DNA of 62,488 nucleotides, counting the filler. It is 14 parts of 14 records of this genome, joined end to end, with 100 filler letters (N's around TTAATTAATTAA, not from the genome) between each part and the next. Parts side by side here need not be neighbours in the genome. Positions count along the whole stretch, not along the records: positions 59,941 to 62,488 come from SRR11831585_388; 13 more parts are not named here. One strand, given 5' to 3'. The notes under the pieces were generated by a model. It did no database searches. It saw only the letters and a list, made by a program, of their open reading frames with translations, and was not told the origin of the DNA. Positions 60,261 to 62,488 of the stretch are shown here, in pieces (positions within the stretch are counted from its first letter, which is position 1; each line of letters begins with the position of its first letter). A program made the translations under genes and the position numbers.

Positions 60261-60813
60261 TCTCACCGTGCTTTTGCACAGTCCTGTAGCGGGTGGACTG
60301 GTTCTGTGACATTTGAAAAGGTCTTGCTGTGTATTGCGGGCGATGTGTTCTGTCAGTATATACATTCGTTCAGCCGTCATGCGTTTGCAGCGCTGTCGCA
60401 TCAAGCAGGAAGTCTGTTGGTAATATCGACACGTTCAAGGAATTTATGTTGGCTCCGCACGCCCTCGCATGTATTCCCCTGCCCAGAGACGATTCCCACC
60501 TTCTTCTTTGCTCATGACATCACATGTGCGATAGTGCACAATGTTCGTCCACCGGCGCTTCCCAGTCGGTAGAGCGATTGCAAACCAGCCCACACTGACA
60601 ACCACAACGCACGTGTTCCGGCACACTTGCAAGGCGCGAGTTTCTTGCAAAGTGTGCAGCGTGCACTCGAGGCATTGTTTGCCACGTGAACGCTGAATGG
60701 ATTCACACACCCTACGGATAATCAACGACTGATGGTCCAGCTTATAAACTAAACCAGCACAGGGCATACCGCACTAGTGCTATTCAACGCGTGGCCAAGA
60801 ATGCAGAGATCTC

Positions 60814-62488
60814 TTACGGCTGCGGAGTGACGCGCATCATTTCACGCAGAAAGGGCGCAGTGGCAGCAGGCTGCGAGATGGACTGCAATACTTCCACTGC
60901 ACGCACACACACGTACACATCGTGTTAGCAATCGCCGTTCAATAGTCGAGCATGATCGCGGATGCAACGTACGGGGTGTGGTGCCGTGTGCGGTGGCCCC
61001 AGCAGAGTGAATGGCAATGAGTGCATCACGCACGATAGCCTCCGTGTCAATCCGACTACGAAACGATACACATGATAGGGTTAGGGTTACAGACCCACAC
61101 ACAATCTGCAGCGGACGGACGCCGGTACCAGCAGCGCGAAAATCAGCAGCGAAGAGTTACTGCAGGGACGGGTAGCACACAACGCAACCAGTATCAGTGC
61201 GTCACCAGTCGTGTAAAGTACCTCGTGACGTGAACACAGCGCAAGACATGTGCAAGGTGGGCTGCCATAAGTTTGGCAACAGGCGGCAGAAGAGGAACGG
61301 CCACCGCAAGCGCGTGTAGCGGATAACGAAGATTGCCTGCAGAGCAGAAGCACAGAAAGATCAGGCGGTATAAATAGCACCTCCGCCCAAAGAAGTGGAT
61401 CGGCAACACAACGAACTTCACATTGTAAACAAACGACACATGTACGTACGAATTTCCTGGACAGTGCATTGCGGGTCAAACTTTATGTCGTAAAGTGTTG
61501 TTGATCCTTGTGGTCCCCAAGTGGTGTCCGAATGCACCTTAAAAGGCAGAAACAACGGAGGGCCGTGGTATGAGAAGAGACCGTTGTAGGAGAAGAGACG
61601 CGTCATCGAGCGCAGGTACATCTGGGCCACATTCGGAGTCAGGGCTAGTTCGTCGTGGAACAGGCGCGTGGCACAGCGTCGCAAACATCTGAAAACAAAC
61701 CAACACACAAGCACACAAGAGCGACCAACATTAAGAAACAGCGGTGTGCAGCCCTCAGATGAGGATGAGCACAGGAAGGAAGCGCAGGACGACCGCCCAA
61801 TCATAGTTCCGTGTCAGCACGCACCGGGAGACAGCGACGTGGTTGACCTTTGACGGTGCAAAGGGGTGCGCTGTGTCCTCGGGGCTACGTGCGATGGAGT
61901 CCAACACCGTGACCACCGCACTGTTATGCGCGGATGGGGGCAGCGACAGCGTTTCTGCAGTGCAAACCGCGAACGTGAGGGATCAGGTCCACAGCTGGCA
62001 CGAGGCGGGAATGGATATGCATGTGCCCGTAAAGTTGTGCGAGTGAGGGTGTGTTGAGACATACTCAGGATCTTTTGTGTGAGCGCATCCACCATGCTGT
62101 TGTACTGCCGCTGCAAGGACGCAATACGCTGCACTGTGTCGCACAGCACATACATATCAGGACGGCGCTCTGGGAGGGCAATCATCTGCAACGGAATAGT
62201 GTGAGTGCCCACAACGCATACCGCCATCTGCACGAACAATGAACATAAATTCGTTGATCCGTGTGCTGTTTTGCTTCCCAGGGCACTACGCGGTCACACC
62301 ACTAACAAGCGTTTCTGGTACTGCACAACCTGGGTGGGAGATAGCTCGTGTGTGACACAGTGGCGGGGATTGATCACGGGGACAACAACAGCACAATACG
62401 AAACAACAGCAGGTTGGGCGTACCCTCTCGAAGAGAGTCTTGTGATTGTTGGGCAGCGAGCACCACGCGGAAGACTCTAGCCGCACTA
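60814..62488 (-). CDS. Multi-exon hypothetical eukaryotic protein, 5' truncated
   Basis: Phase-compatible exons: ...VQRIASLQRQYNSMVDALTQKILK..., RCLRRCATRLFHDELAL...DIKFDPQCTVQEIR, NLRYPLHALAVAVPLLPPVAKL..., RIDTEAIVRDALIAIH..., LEVLQSISQP...TPQP*. Confidence 0.6.

Noticed and set aside
61076..61089. TAGGGTTAGGGTTA as telomeric sequence
   Set aside because: Only about two units, inside an intron; on the sense strand it reads CCCTAAC, a branch-point motif near the acceptor.
62290..62330. In-frame TGA in VVQYQKRLLVV*PRSALG as possible recoding (selenocysteine or alternative code)
   Set aside because: The segment can lie wholly within an intron, and TGA is a real stop in other genes here.

Overview
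This window is not one continuous genomic region. It is a pseudo-molecule of 14 unrelated contigs joined by 13 identical 100-nt linkers (44 N + TTAATTAATTAA + 44 N). Six contigs are ordinary Escherichia coli K-12-lineage chromosome: aceE'-pdhR-aroP-'ampE; pitA-yhiN-'yhiM; lapB-lapA-pgpB-ribA-acnA-ymiC-yciX-ymiA-cysB; yjdN-phnC..K with the K-12 8-bp phnE insertion; pepP-ubiH-ubiI-gcvTHP; pgm-seqA-ybfF-ybfE-fldA-uof-fur-chiQ-chiP. Eight contigs come from an unidentified, compact, intron-rich eukaryote (probably a bacterivorous protist, with E. coli as food or contaminant). Hand-spliced eukaryotic genes: UNC119, mitochondrial SSB, an ER-retained '-DHEL' protein, a FERM-domain protein, VPS20/CHMP6, a CTDSPL2-like phosphatase, an acid-sphingomyelinase-like phosphodiesterase, a long coiled-coil protein, LTA4 hydrolase/M1 aminopeptidase, a divergent topoisomerase IB and orphan genes. 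I found no novel prokaryotic system, CRISPR array, rRNA, tRNA or IS. The best leads are eukaryotic: a diverged ~270-300-bp direct duplication with a wobble-preserved hairpin (contig 53450-55483), a 4x T(A/G)ATCCC array in a 228-bp bidirectional promoter, a single frameshift in LTA4H overlapping an 11-nt GT..AG segment, and a divergent TOP1 motif. Family assignments come from remembered motifs, not database searches.
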